Below are positions 49,318-64,000 of a stretch of DNA of 64,000 bases, piece by piece; the first letter of the stretch is position 1, and each line of letters begins with the position of its first letter. Source of the DNA: Heterodontus francisci. Taxonomy: Eukaryota. Under the pieces are notes generated by a model, which saw nothing but the letters and a program-made list of their open reading frames with translations, ran no database searches and was not told where the DNA came from. The translations under genes were made by a program, and so were the position numbers. Location: the NCBI RefSeq assembly GCF_036365525.1, contig NW_027140800.1, positions 1,178,001 through 1,242,000 on the forward strand, given 5' to 3'.

Positions 49318-50370
49318 AGTGTCGGACGAGATTCACTCAGCCATCCTACCTTCTGATACACCAGTGAGTTCACAATGGGGAGAGACCATGCAGCTGCACA
49401 GAGTGTGGGATGAGATTCACTCAGTCATCCTGCCTGCTGATGCACCAGTGAGTTCACACTTGGGAGAGACCGTTCACCTGTTCAGAGTGTGGGAAGGGAT
49501 TCACTCAGTCATCCTACCTGCTGATACACCAGTGAGTTCACACAGGGGATATACCGTTCACCTGCTCAGAGTGTGGGATGAGATTGACTCAGTCATCCTA
49601 CCTGCTGATACGCCAGTGAGTTCACACTGGGGAGAGACCATTCAGCAGCTCAGAGTGTGGGATGTGATTCACTCAGTCATCCTACCTGCTGATACACCAG
49701 TGAGATCACACTGTGGAGAGACCGTTCACCTGCACAGTGTACGGGAAGAGTTTCACTCAGTCATCCTACCTGCTGATACACCAGTGAGTCAACACTGGGC
49801 AGAGATCATTCCCCTTTCGGAGTGTGGGAAAGGATTTCCTCAGTCATCCTACCTGCTGATACACCAGTGAGTTCAAACTGGGGAGAGACCATTCACCTGC
49901 TCAGAGTCTGGTAGGAGATTCACTCAGACATCCTACCTGCTGAAACAAAAGTGAGTTCACAATGGGGAGAGACCATTCACCTGCTCAGAGTGTGGGAATT
50001 GATTCACTCAGTCATGCAACCTGCTGATACACCAGTGAGTTCTCAATGGGGAGAGACCGTTCACCTGCTCAGAGTGTGTGATGAGATTCACTCAGTCATG
50101 CTGCCTGCTGATACACCAGTGAGTTCACACTGGGGAGATCCCATTCACCTGCTCAGACTCTGGTAGGAGATTCACTCAGTCATCCTACCTGCTTATACAA
50201 CAGTGAGTTGACAATGGGGAGAGACCATTCAGCTGCTCAGAGTGTGGGAGGTGATTCACTCAGTCATTCAACCTGCTGATATACCAGTGGGTTCACACTG
50301 GGGAGAGACCGTTCACCTGCTCAGTGTACGGGAAGAGGTTCACTCAGTCATCCTACCTGCTGATACATAA

Positions 50371-50538
<168 letters not shown>

Positions 50539-51147
50539 TGAGTTCACAATGGGGAGAGACCATTCACTTGATCAGAGAGTTGGAAGAGATTCACTCAGTC
50601 ATCCTAACTGCTGATACAACAGTGAGTTAACAATGGGGACAGACCGTTCACCTGCTCAGAGTGTGGGAAGTGATTCACTCAGTCATCCAACCTGCTAATA
50701 TACCAGTGAGTTAACACTGGGGAGAGACCGTTCACCTGCTCTGAGTGAGGACAGAGATTCACTCAGTAATCCTAACAGCTGATACACCAGTGAGTTATCA
50801 ATGGGGAGAGACCGCTCACCTGTTCAGATTGTGGGATGTGATTCACTCAGTCATCCTACCTTCTGATACACCAGTGGGTTTTCACTGGGGAGAGACCATT
50901 AAACTGCTCAGAGTGTGGGATGAGATTCAGTCACTCATCCTGCCTGCTGATACAACAGTGAGTTCTCACTGGGGAGAGACCGTTCACCTGCTCAGAGTGT
51001 AGGAAGAGATTCACTCAGTCATCCTACCTTCTGATACACCAGTGAGTTCACACTGGGGAGAGACCATTCAGCTGCTCAGAGTGTGGGAGGTGATTCACTC
51101 AGTCATCTCGCCTGCTCATACACAAGTGAGTTCACACTTGGGAGTGA

Positions 51148-51294
<147 letters not shown>

Positions 51295-54200
51295 TGAGTT
51301 CACACTTGGGAGAGACCATTCCCCTGCTCAGGGTGTTGGATGAGATTCACTCAGTCATCCTGCCTGCTGTTACACCAGTGAGTTCACACTGGGGAGAGAC
51401 CATTCAGCAGCTCAGAGTGTGGGATGAGATTCACTCAGTCATCCTACCTTTTGATACACCAGTGAGTTCACACTGGGGAGAGAACATTCAGCTGCTCAGA
51501 GTGTAGGATGAGATTCACTCAGTCATCCTACCTGCTGATACACCAGTGAGTTCACACTGGGGAGAGACCATTCAGCAGCTCAGAGTGTGGGATGAGATTC
51601 ACTCAGTCATCCTACCTTTTGATACACCAGTGAGTTCACACTGGGGAGAGACCATTCAGCAGCTCAGAGTGTGGGATGAGATTCACTCAGTCATCCTGCC
51701 TGCTGATACACAAGTGAGTTCACACTGGGGAGATACCTTTCACCTTTTCAGAGTGTTGGAATAGATGCACTCAGTCATCCTACCTGCTGATACACCAGTG
51801 AGTTCAAAATGGGGAGAGACCATTCACCTGCTCAGAGTGTGGGATGAGATTCACTCAGTCATCCAAACTGCTGATACACCAGTGAGTTCACACTGGGGAG
51901 AGACATTAAACCTGCTCAGAGTGTGGGAAAGAGATTCACTCTGTCATCCTAACTGCTGATACAACAGTGAGTTAACAATGGGGACAGACCGTTCACCTGC
52001 TCAGAGTGTGGGAAGTGATTCACTCAGTCATCCCACCTTTTGATACACCAGTGAGTTCACACTGGGGAGAGAACATTCAGCTGCTCAGAGTGTGGGATGA
52101 GATTTACTCAGTCATCCTTCCAGCTGATACACCAGTGAGTTCACACTTGGGAGAGACCGTTCACCTGTTCAGAGTGTGGGAAGGGATTCACTCAGTCATA
52201 TTAACTGCTGATACACCAGTGAGTTCACACAAGTGAGATACCGTTCACCTTTTCAGAGTGTGGGATGAGATTCACTCAGTCATACTGCCTGCTGATACAC
52301 AAGTGAGTTCACACTGGGGAGATACCTTTCACCTTTTCAGAGTGTCGGAAGAGATGCACTCAGTCATCCTACCTGCTGATACACCAGTGAGTTCAAACTG
52401 GGGAGAGACCATTCACCTGCTCAGAGTGTGGGATGAGATTCACTCAGTCATCCAAAGGGCTGATACACCAGTGAGTTCACACTGGGGAGAGACATTAAAC
52501 CTGCTCGGAGTGTGGGAAAGAGATTCACTCTGTCATCCTACCTGCTGATAAACCACTGAGTTAACACTGGGGATAGACCGTTCACCAGGTCAGAGTGTGG
52601 ACGGAGATTCACTCAGTCATCCTACCAGCTGATGCACCAGTTAGTTATCACTGGGGAGAGACCGTTCACCAGCTCAGAGTGTGGGAAGTGATTCACTCAG
52701 TCATCCAACCTGCTGATAGACCAGTGAATTCACACTGGGGAGAGACCGTTCACCTGCTCAGACTGTCGGAAGAGATTCACTCAGTCTTTCTATCTTCTGA
52801 TACACTAGGGAGTTCACACAGGGGAGAGACCATTCCCCTGCTCAGAGTGTTGGATGAGATTCACTCAGTCATCCTGCCTGCTGTTACACCAATGAGTTCA
52901 CACTTTAGAGAGACCATTCACGTGCTCAGAGTCTGGTAGGAGATTCAGTCAGGCATCCTACCTGCTGACACAACAGTGAGTTCACAATGGTGAGAGACCA
53001 TTCATTTGCTCAGAGTGTGGGAAGAGATTCACTCAGTCATCCTAACTGCTGATACAACAGTGAGTTAACAATGGGGACAGACCATTCACCTGCTCAGAGT
53101 GTGGGAAGTGATTCACTCAGTCATCCAACCTGCTGATATACAAGTGTGTTCACAATGGGGAGAGACATTTCACCTGCTCAGAGTGTGGGAAAGAGATTCA
53201 CTCTGTCATCCTACCTGCTGATACACCAGTGAGTTAACACTGGGAAGAGACCATTCAGCTGCTCAGAGTGTGGGAGGTGATTCACTCAGTCATCTCGCCT
53301 GCTGATACACAAGTGAGTTCACACTTGGGAGAGACCGTTCACCTGTTCAGAGTGTGGGAAGAGATTCACTCAGTCATCCTACCTGCTGATACACCAGTGA
53401 GTTCTCACTGGGGGAGACCGTTCACCTGCTCAGAGTGTCGGAAGAGCTTCACGCAGTCATCCTACCTTCTGATACACCAGTGAGTTCACACTGGGGAGAG
53501 ACCAATTACCTGCTCAGACTGGGATGACATTCACTCAGTCATCCAAACCGCTGATACACCAGTGAGTTCACACTGGTGAGAGACCTTTCACCAGCTCATA
53601 GTGTGGGAACGAGATTCACTCTGTCATCCTACCTGCAGATACACCAGTGAGTTAACACTGGTCAGAGACCGTTCATCTGTTCTGAGTGTGGACAGAGATT
53701 CACTCAGTCATCCTACCAGCTGATACAACAGTGAGTTATCACTGGTGAGAGACCGTTCACCTGTTCAGATTGTGGGAAGGGATTCACTCAGTCATCCTAC
53801 CTTCTGATACACCAGTGAGTTCACACTGGGGATAGACCATTCAACTGCTCAGCGTCTGGTAGGAGATTCAGTCAGGCATTCTGCCTGCTGAAACAACAGT
53901 GAGTTCACAATGGGTAGAGACCATTCACTTTCTCAGAGTCTGGGAAGAGATTCACTCAGTCATCCTAACTGCTGATACATCAGTGAGTTAACAATGGGGA
54001 CAGACCGTTCACCTGCTCAGAGTGAGGGAAGTGATTCACTCAGTCATCCAAACTGCTGAAAAACCAGTGAGTTCACACTGGGGAGAGACCGTTCACCTGC
54101 TCAGAGTGTCGGACGAGATTCACTCTGCCATCCTACCTTCTGATACACCAGTGAGTTCACACCGGGGAGAGACATTAAACCTGCTCAGAGTGTGGGAAAG

Positions 54201-55416
54201 AGATTCACTCTGTCATCCTTCCTGCTGATAAACCACTGAGTTAACACTGGGGATAGACCGTTCACCTGGTCAGAGTGTGGACGGAGATTCACTCAGTCAT
54301 CCTACCAGCTGATGCACCAGTTAGTTATCACTGGGGAGAGACCGTTCACCTGTTCAGATTGTGGGAAGGGATTCACTCAGTCATCCAACCTTCTGATATA
54401 CCAGTGAGTTCACACTGGTGAGAGACCATTCACCTGCTCAAAGTGTGGTAGGAGATTCACTCTGTCATCCAACCTGCTGATACAACAGTTAGTTGACAAT
54501 GGGGAGAGACCGTACACCTGCTCAGAGTGTGGGAAGTGATTCACTCAATCATCCAACCTGCTGATAGACCAGTGAATTCACACTGGGGAGAGACCATTCA
54601 CCTGCTCAGAGTGTGGTAGGAGATTCACTCTGTCATCCAACCTGCTGATACAACAGTTAGTTGACAATGGGGAGAGACCGTTCACCTGCTCAGAGTGTCG
54701 GAAGAGATTCACTCAGTCTTTCTATCTTCTGATACACTAGGGAGTTCACACAGGGGAGAGACCATTCCCCTGCTCAGTGTGTTGGATGAGATTCACTCAG
54801 TCATCCTGCCTGCTGTTACACCAGTGAGTTCACACTTTAGAGAGACCATTCACCTGCTCAGAGTCTGGTAGGAGATTCAGTCAGGCATCCTACCTGCTGA
54901 AACAACAGTGAGTTCACAATGGTGAGAGACCATTCATTTGCTCAGAGTGTGGGAAGAGATTCACTCAGTCATCCTAACTGCTGATACAACAGTGAGTTAA
55001 CAATGGGGACAGACCATTCACCTGCTCAGAGTGTGGGAAGTGATTCACTCAGTCATCCAACCTGCTGATATACAAGTGAGTTCACAATGGGGAGAGACAT
55101 TTCACCTGCTCAGAGTGTGGGAAAGAGATTCACTCTGTCATCCTACCTGCTGATACACCAGTGAGTTAACACTGGGGAGAGACCGTTCACCTGCTCTGAG
55201 TGAGGACAGAGATTCACTCAGTCATCCTACCAGCTGATACACCAGTGAGTTATCACTGGGGAGAGACCGTTCACCTGTTCAGATTGTGGGAAGGGATTCA
55301 CTCAGTCATACTACCTTCTGATACACCAGTGAGTTCACACTGGGGAGAGACCATTCAGCTGCTCAGAGTGTGGGAGGTGATTCACTCAGTCATCTCGCCT
55401 GCTGATACACAAGTGA

Positions 55417-55545
<129 letters not shown>

Positions 55546-57664
55546 TGATTCACTCAGTCATCCTGCCTGCTGATACACAAGTGAGTTCACACTTGGGAGA
55601 GACCGTTCACCTGTTCAGCGTGTGGAAGGGATTCACTCAGTCATCCTACCTGCTGATACACCAGTGCGTTCACACAGGGGAGAGACCGTTCACCTGCTCA
55701 GAGTGTGGGATGAGATTCACTCAGTCATCCTACCAGCTGATACAACAGTGAGTTATCACTGATGAGAGACCGTTCACCTGTTCAGATTGTGGGAAGGGAT
55801 TCACTCAGTCATCCTACCTTCTGATACACCGGTGAGTTCACACTGGGGATAGACCATTCAACTGCTCAGCGTCTGGTAGGAGATTCAGTCAGGCATCCTG
55901 CCTGCTGAAACAACAGTGAGTTCACAATGGGTAGAGACCATTCACTTGCTCAGAGTGTGGGAAGAGATTCACTCAGTCATCCTAACTGCTGATACATCAG
56001 TGAGTTAACAATGGGGACAGACCGTTCACCTGCTGAGAGTGAGGGAAGTGATTCACTCAGTCATCCAAACTGCTGAAAAACCAGTGAGTTCACACTGGGG
56101 AGAGACCGTTCACCTGCTCGGAGTGTCGGACGAGATTCACTCTGCCATCCTAACTTCTGATACACCAGTGCGTTCACACTGGGGAGAGACATTAAACCTG
56201 CTCAGAGTGTGGGAAGAGATTCACTCAGTCATCCTAACTGCTGATACATCAGTGAGTTAACAATGGGGACAGACCGTTCACCTGCTGAGAGTGAGGGAAG
56301 TGATTCACTCAGTCATCCTTCCTGCTGATAAACCAGTGAGTTCACACTGGGGATAGACCGTTCACCTGGTCAGAGTGTGGACGGAGATTCACTCAGTCAT
56401 CCTACCAGCTGATGCACCAGTTAGTTATCACTGGGGAGAGACCGTTCACCTGTTCAGATTGTGGGAAGGGATTCACTCAGTCATCCAACCTTCTGATATA
56501 CCAGTGAGTTCACACTGGGGAGAGACCATTCACCTGCTCAGAGTGTGGTAGGAGATTCACTCTGTCATCCTACCTGCTGATACAACAGTGAGTTGACAAT
56601 GGGGAGAGACCGTTCACCTGCTCAGAGTGTCGGAAGAGATTCACTCAGTCTTTCTATCTTCTGATACACTAGGGAGTTTACACAGGGGAGAGACCATTCC
56701 CCTGCTCAGTGTGTTGGATGAGATTCACTCAGTCATCCTACCTGCTGAAACAACAGTGAGTTCACAATGGGGAGAGTCCATTCATTTGCTCAGAGTGTTG
56801 GAAGAGATTCACTCAGTCATCCTAACTGCTGATATACAAGTGAGTTCACAATGGGGAGAGACATTTCACCTGCTCAGAGTGTGGGAAATAGATTCACTCA
56901 GTCATCCTACCTGCTGATACACCAGTGAGTTAACACTGGGGAGAGACCGTTCACCTGCTCTGAGTGAGGACAGAGATTCACTCAGTCATCCTACCTGCTG
57001 ATACACAAGTGAGTTCACACTTGGGAGAGACCGTTCACCTGTTCAGAGTGTGGGAAGAGATTCACTAAGTCATCCTACCTGCTGATACACCAGTGCGTTC
57101 ACACAGGGGAGAGACCGTTCACCTGCTCAGAGTGTGGGAGGTGATTCACTCAGTCATCCTGCCTTCTGATACACCAGTGAGTTCACACTGGGGAGAGACC
57201 AATTACCTGCTCAGACTGGGATGAGATTCACTCAGTCATCCAAACTGCTGATACACCAGTGAGTTCACACTGGTGAGAGACCTTTCACCAGCTCATAGTG
57301 TGGGAAAGAGATTCACTCTGTCATCCTACCTGCAGATACACCAGTGAGTTAACACTGGTCAGAGACCGTTCACCTGTTCTGAGTGTGGACAGAGATTCAC
57401 TCAGTCATCCTACCAGCTGATACAACAGTGAGTTATCACTGGTGAGAGACCGTTCACCTGTTCAGATTGTGGGAAGGGATTCACTCAGTCATCCTACCTT
57501 CTGATACACCAGTGAGTTCACACTGGGGATAGACCATTCAACTGCTCAGCCTCTGGTAGGAGGTTCAGTCAGGCATCCTGCCTGCTGAAACAACAGTGAG
57601 TTCACAATGGGTAGAGACCATTCACTTGCTCAGAGTCTGGGAAGCGATTCACTCAGTCATCCAA

Positions 57665-60050
57665 CCTGCTGATATACCAGTGAGTTCACACTGGGGAGAG
57701 ACCGTTCACCTGCTCAGTGTACGGGCAGAGGTTCACTCTGTCATCCTAACTGCTGATACATCAGTGAGTTAACAATGGGGAGAGACCGTTCACCTGCTCA
57801 GAGTGTGGGAAGTGATTCACTCAGTCATCCAAACTGCTGATATACCAGTGAGGTCACACTGGGGAGAGACCGTTCACCTGCTTAGAGTGTCGGACGAGAT
57901 TCACTCTGCCATCCTACCTTCTGATACACCAGTGAGTTCACACTGGGGAGAGACCATTCAGCTGCGCAGAGTTTGGGATGAGATTCACTCAGTCATCCTG
58001 CCTGCTGATGCACCAGTGAGTTCACACTTGGGAGAGACCTTTCACCTGTTCAGAGTGTGGGAAGGGATTCACTCAGTCATCCTACCTGCTGATACACCAG
58101 TGAGTTCACACAGGGGATATACCGTTCACCTGCTCAGTGTACGGGAAGAGTTTCACTCAGTCATCCTACCTGCTGATACACCATTGATTCACACTGGGGA
58201 GAGATCATTCCCCTTTCGGAGTGTGGGAAAGGATTTCCTTAGTCATCCTACCTGCTGATACACCAGTGAGTTCACACTGGGGAGAGACCATTCACCTGCT
58301 CAGAGTCTGGTAGGAGATTCACTCAGACATCCTACCTGCTGAAACAAAAGTGAGTTCACAATGGGGAGAGACCATTCACCTGCTCAGAGTGTGGGAAGTG
58401 ATTCACTCAGTCATGCAACCTGCTGATACACCAGTGAGTTCTCAATGGGGAGAGACCGTTCACCTGCTCAGAGTGTCGGAATGGATTCACTCAGTCATCC
58501 TACCATCTGAAACACCAGTGAGTTCACATTGGGGCGAGACCATTCACCAGCTCAGAGTGTGGGAAAGAGATTCACTCTGTCATCCTACCTGCAGATACAC
58601 CAGTGAGTTAACACTGGTCAGAGACCGTTCACCTGTTGTGAGTGTGGACAGAGATTCACTCAGTCATCCTACCAGCTGATACACCAGTGACTTATCACTG
58701 GTGAGTGACCGTTCACCTGTTCAGACTCTGGTAGGAGATTCACTCAGTCATCCTACCTGCTGATATACCAGTGAGTTCACACTGGGGAGAGACCGTTCAC
58801 CTGCTCAGTGTACGGGCAGAGGTTCACTCTGTCATCCTAACTGCTGATACATCAGTGAGTTAACAATGGGGACAGACAGTTCACCTGCTCAGAGTGTGGG
58901 AAGTGATTCACTCAGTCATCCAAACTGCTGATATACCAGTGAGGTCACACTGGGGAGAGACCGTTCACCTGCTTAGAGTGTCGGACGAGATTCACTCTGC
59001 CATCCTACCTTCTGATACACCAGTGAGTTCACACTGGGGAGAGACCATTCAGCTGCGCAGAGTGTGGGATGAGATTCAATCAGTCATCCTGCCTGCTGAT
59101 GCACCAGTGAGTTCACACTTGGGAGAGACCTTTCACCTGTTCAGAGTGTGGGAAGGGATTCACTCAGTCAACCTACCTGCTGATACACCAGTGAGTTCAC
59201 ACAGGGGATATACCGTTCACCTGCTCAGTGTACGGGAAGAGTTTCACTCAGTCATCCTACCTGCTGATACACCAGTGATTCACACTGGGGAGAGATCATT
59301 CCCCTTTCGGAGTGTGGGAAAGGATTTCCTCAGTCATCCTACCTGCTGATACACCAGTGAGTTCACACTGGGGAGAGACCATTCACCTGCTCAGAGTCTG
59401 GTAGGAGATTCACTCAGACATCCTACCTGCTGAAACAAAAGTGAGTTCACAATGGGGAGAGACCATTCACCTGCTCAGAGTGTGGGAAGTGATTCACTCA
59501 GTCATGCAACCTGCTGATACACCAGTGAGTTCTCAATGGGGAGAGACCGTTCACCTGCTCAGAGTGTCGGAATGGATTCACTCAGTCATCCTACCATCTG
59601 AAACACCAGTGAGTTCACACTGGGGCGAGACCATTCACCAGCTCAGAGTGTGGGAAAGAGATTCACTCTGTCATCCTACCTGCAGATACACCAGTGAGTT
59701 AACACTGGTCAGAGACCGTTCACCTGTTGTGAGTGTGGACAGAGATTCACTCAGTCATGCTACCAGATGATACACCAGTGACTTATCACTGGTGAGTGAC
59801 CGTTCACCTGTTCAGACTCTGGTAGGAGATTCACTCAGTCATCCTACCTGCTGATATACCAGTGAGTTCACACTGGGGAGAGACCGTTCACCTGCTCAGT
59901 GTACGGGCAGAGGTTCACTCTGTCATCCTAACTGCTGATACAACAGTGAGTTAACAATGGGGACAGACAGTTCACCTGCTCAGAGTGTGGGAAGTGATTC
60001 ACTCAGTCATCCAACCTGCTGATATACCAGTGAGTTCACACTGGGGAGAG
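57665..60050 (+). repeat. 13-monomer (1091-bp) higher-order repeat, ~2.2 copies
   Basis: Offset 1091 (57803/58894/59985; 58350/59441). Boundaries are approximate. Confidence 0.85.
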
Positions 60051-60135
60051 ACCATTCACCTGCTCAGAGTGTGTGATGAGATTCACTCAGTCATGCTGCT
60101 TGCTGATACACCAGTGAGTTCACACTGGGGAGATA

Positions 60136-60342
60136 GCGAAGAGAGGAATAGGGAGAGAGAGGAGTTGAACACGTGGCTGCAGGGATGGAGTAGGAGGGAG
60201 GGTTTTGGTTTCCTGGATAATTGGGGCTCTTTCTGGGGTAGGTGGGACCTCTACAAACAGGATGGTCTTCACCTGAACCAGAGGGGTACCAATATCCTGG
60301 GGGGGGAGATTTGTTAGTGCTCTTCGGGGGGGTTTAAACTAA
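60136..60342 (+). pseudogene. CR1 ORF1 C-terminal fragment (SGNH esterase end)
   Basis: LNTWLQGWSRREGFGFLDNWGSFWGRWDLYKQDGLHL is homologous to element A ORF1. There is one extra G in the G8 run at 60299-60306; removing it gives ...GGRFVSALRGGLN* ending at 60342. Confidence 0.85.
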
Positions 60343-63226
60343 ATCAGCAGGGGAATGGGAACCTAAATTGCAGTGCCAGTGTACAGGCTGTTGAGAGTAG
60401 TGAGGTAGGGGATAAGGTTACAGGGACGCAAGAGGGCACTGGCAAGCAAGAACTTGGTTTAAAGTGTGTCTACTTCAACGCCAGGAGCATCCGGAATAAG
60501 GTGGGTGAGCTTGCAGCATGGGTTGGTACCTGGGATCCTGATGTTGTGGCCATTTCGGAGACATGGGTAGAGCAGGGGCAGGAATGGATGTTGCAGGTTC
60601 CGGGATTTAGATGTTTCAGAAAGAACAGAGAAGAGGGTAAAAGAGGGGGGAGGGTGTGGCATTGTTAATCAAGGAAAGTATTACAGCGGCAGAAAGGACG
60701 TTTGAGGACTCGTCTACTGAGGTAGTATGGGCCAAGGTTAGAAACAGGAGAGGAGAGGTCACCCTGTTGGGAGTTTTCTATAGACCTCCGAATAGTTCCA
60801 GAGATGTAGAGGAAAGGATAGCGAAGATGATTCTCGACAGGAGCGAGAGTAACAGGGTAGTGGTTATGGGGGACTTTAACTTTCCAAATATTGACTGGAA
60901 ATACTATAGTTCGAGTACTTTAGATGGGTCTGTTTTTGTCCAGTGTGTGCAGGAGGGTTTTCTGACACAGTATGTGGACAGGCCAACCAGGGGCGATGCC
61001 ACATTGGATTTGGTACTGGGTAATGAACCCGGCCAGGTGTTCGATTTAGATGTAGGTGAGCACTTTGGCGATAGTGATCACAATTCGGTTAGGTTTACCT
61101 TAGCGATGGGCAGGGACAGGTATATACCACAGGGCAAGAATTATAGCTGGGGGAAAGGAAATTATGACGCGATTAGGCAAGATTTAGGATGTGTAGGATG
61201 GGGAAGGAAACTGCAGGGGATGGGCACAAACGAAATGTGGAGCTTATTCAAGGAGCAGCTAATGCGTGTCCTTGATAAGTATGTACCTGTCAGGCAGGGA
61301 GGAAGTTGTCGAGCAAGGGAGCCGTGGTTTACTCAAGAAGTTGAAGCGCTTGTCAAGAGGAAGAGGGCGGCTTATGTTAGGATGAGACGTGAAGGCTCAG
61401 TTAGGGCGCTTGAGAGTTACAAGCTAGCCAGGAAGGATCTAAAGGGAGGGCTAAGAAGAGCAAGGAGAGGACACGAGAAGTCATTGGCGGATAGGATCAA
61501 AGAAAACCCTAAGGCTTTCTATAGGTATATCAGGAATAAACGAATGATAAGAGTTAGAACAGGGCCAATCAAGGATAGTAGTGGGAAGTTGTGTGCGGAA
61601 TCAGAGGAGATAGGGGAAGCGTTAAATGAATATTTTTCGTCAGTATTTACAGTAGAGAAAGAAAATGTTGCCGAGGAGATTACTGAGATACAGCCTACTA
61701 GGCTAGATGGGATTGAGATTCACAAGGAGGAGGTGTTAGCAATTTTGGAAAGAGTGAAAATAGATAAGTCCCCTGGGCCAGATGGGATTTATCCTAGGAT
61801 TCTCTGGGAAGCCAGGGAGGAGATTGCAGAGCCGTTGTTGTTGATCTTTAAGTCGTCATTGTCGACAGGAGTAGTGCCGGAGGACTGGAGGATAGCAAAT
61901 GTTGTCCCCTTGTTCAAGAAGGGGAGTAGAGACAGCCCTGGTAATTATAGACCTGTGAGCCTTACTTCGGTTGTGGGTAAAATGTTGGAAAAGGTTATAA
62001 GAGACAGGATTTATAATCATCTTGAAAAGAATAAGTTCATTTGCGATAGTCAGCACGGTTTTGTGAAAGGTAGGTCGTGCCTCACAAACCTTATTGAGTT
62101 TTTCGAGAAGGTGACCAAACAGGTGGATGAGGGTAAAGCCGTGGATGTGGTGTATATGGATTTCAGTAAGGCGTTTGATAAGGTTCCCCACGGTAGGCTA
62201 TTGCAGAAAATACGCAAGTATGGGGTTGAAGGTGATTTAGAGCTTTGGATCAGAAATTGGCTAGCTGAAAGAAGACAGAGGGTGGTGGTTGATGGCAAAT
62301 GTTCATCCTGGAGTTTAGTTACTAGTGGTGTACCGCAAGGTTCTGTTTTGGGGCCACTGCTGTTTGTCATTTTTATAAACGACCTGGATGAGGGTGTAGA
62401 AGGGTGGGTTAGTAAATTTGCGGATGACACGAAGGTCGGTGGAGTTGTGGATAGTGTCGAAGGGTGTTGTAGGGTACAGAGGGACATAGATAGGCTGCAG
62501 AGCTGGGCTGAGAGATGGCAAATGGAGTTTAATGCGGAGAAGTGTGAGGTGATTCACTTTGGAAGGAGTAACAGCAATGCAGAGTACTGGGCTAATGGGA
62601 AGATTCTTGGTAGTGTAGATGAGCAGAGAGATCTTGGTATCCAGGTACATAAATCCCTGAAAGTTGCTACCCAGGTTAATAGGGCTGTTAAGAAGGCATA
62701 TGGTGTGTTAGCCTTTATTAGTAGGGGGATCGAGTTTCAGAGCCACGGGGTCATGATGCAGCTGTACAAAACTCTGGTGAGGCCGCACCTGGAGTATTGC
62801 GTGCAGTTCTGGTCACCGCATTATAGGAAGGATGTCGAAGCTTTGGAAAGGGTGCAGAGGAGATTTACTAGGATGTTGCCTGGTATGGAAGGAAGGTCTT
62901 ACGAGGAAAGGCTGAGGGACTTGGGGTTGTTTTCGTTAGAGAGAAGGAGGAGGAGAGGTGACTTAATAGAGACATACAAGATAATCAGAGGGTTAGATAG
63001 GGTGGATAGTGAGAGTCTTTTTCCTCGGATGAGGATGGCAAACACGAGGGGACATAGCTTTAAGTTGAGGGGTGAAAGATATCGGACAGATGTCAGAGGT
63101 AGTTTCTTTACACAGAGAGTAGTAGGGGCGTGGAACGCCCTGCCTGCAACAGTAGTAGACTCGCCAACTTTAAGGGCATTTAAGTGGTCATTGGATAGAC
63201 ATATGGATGTAAATGGAATAGTGTAG
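60333..63226 (+). pseudogene. CR1 ORF2 (endonuclease + RT), intact except for a frameshift in G-runs at ~60645-60654
   Basis: The frame from 60333 encodes LKCVYFNARS..ISETW..PGFRCFRKNREEGKR. Two extra G then shift the reading to the 856-aa frame (VALL...GDFN...SDH...FADDTK...NGIV*). Confidence 0.9.
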
Positions 63227-63303
63227 GTCAGATGATCGGCGCAACATCGAGGGCCGAAGGGCCTGTACTGCGCTATAATATTCTAATTCTAATTCTAATT
63301 CTA

Positions 63304-64000
<697 letters not shown>

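Larger units (their letters stand above)
60136..63303 (+). mobile_element. CR1-clade LINE, 5'-truncated within ORF1, subfamily B (copy 2)
   Basis: Contains the ORF1 C-terminus (DGLHL), the full ORF2 region, the 3' hairpin at 63252-63263 and an (ATTCTA)4 tail at 63280-63303. Flanked by ATA at 60133-60135 and 63304-63306. Confidence 0.95.

Overview
Vertebrate (probably cartilaginous-fish) repetitive DNA with no intact host gene. About 54.5 kb (~650 copies) is an 84-bp tandem repeat whose unit is exactly one Kruppel-type C2H2 zinc finger (consensus [27 protein letters not shown]). The Arg codon of HQRVH is TGA in nearly every copy, so this is a ZNF-exon-derived non-coding satellite with nested higher-order duplications. 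Three CR1-clade LINEs interrupt it, all on the + strand: a near full-length copy with two nonsense mutations (27215-31528) and two 5'-truncated, near-identical copies of a second subfamily (33684-35714, 60136-63303). Main observations: (1) the dead-zinc-finger satellite itself; (2) an in-frame T_TTA_AAC -1 slippery heptamer at the ORF1/ORF2 junction of both CR1 subfamilies, one of which lacks an ORF2 ATG; (3) two independent CR1 insertions at the same nucleotide of the monomer. All comparisons were made by eye.
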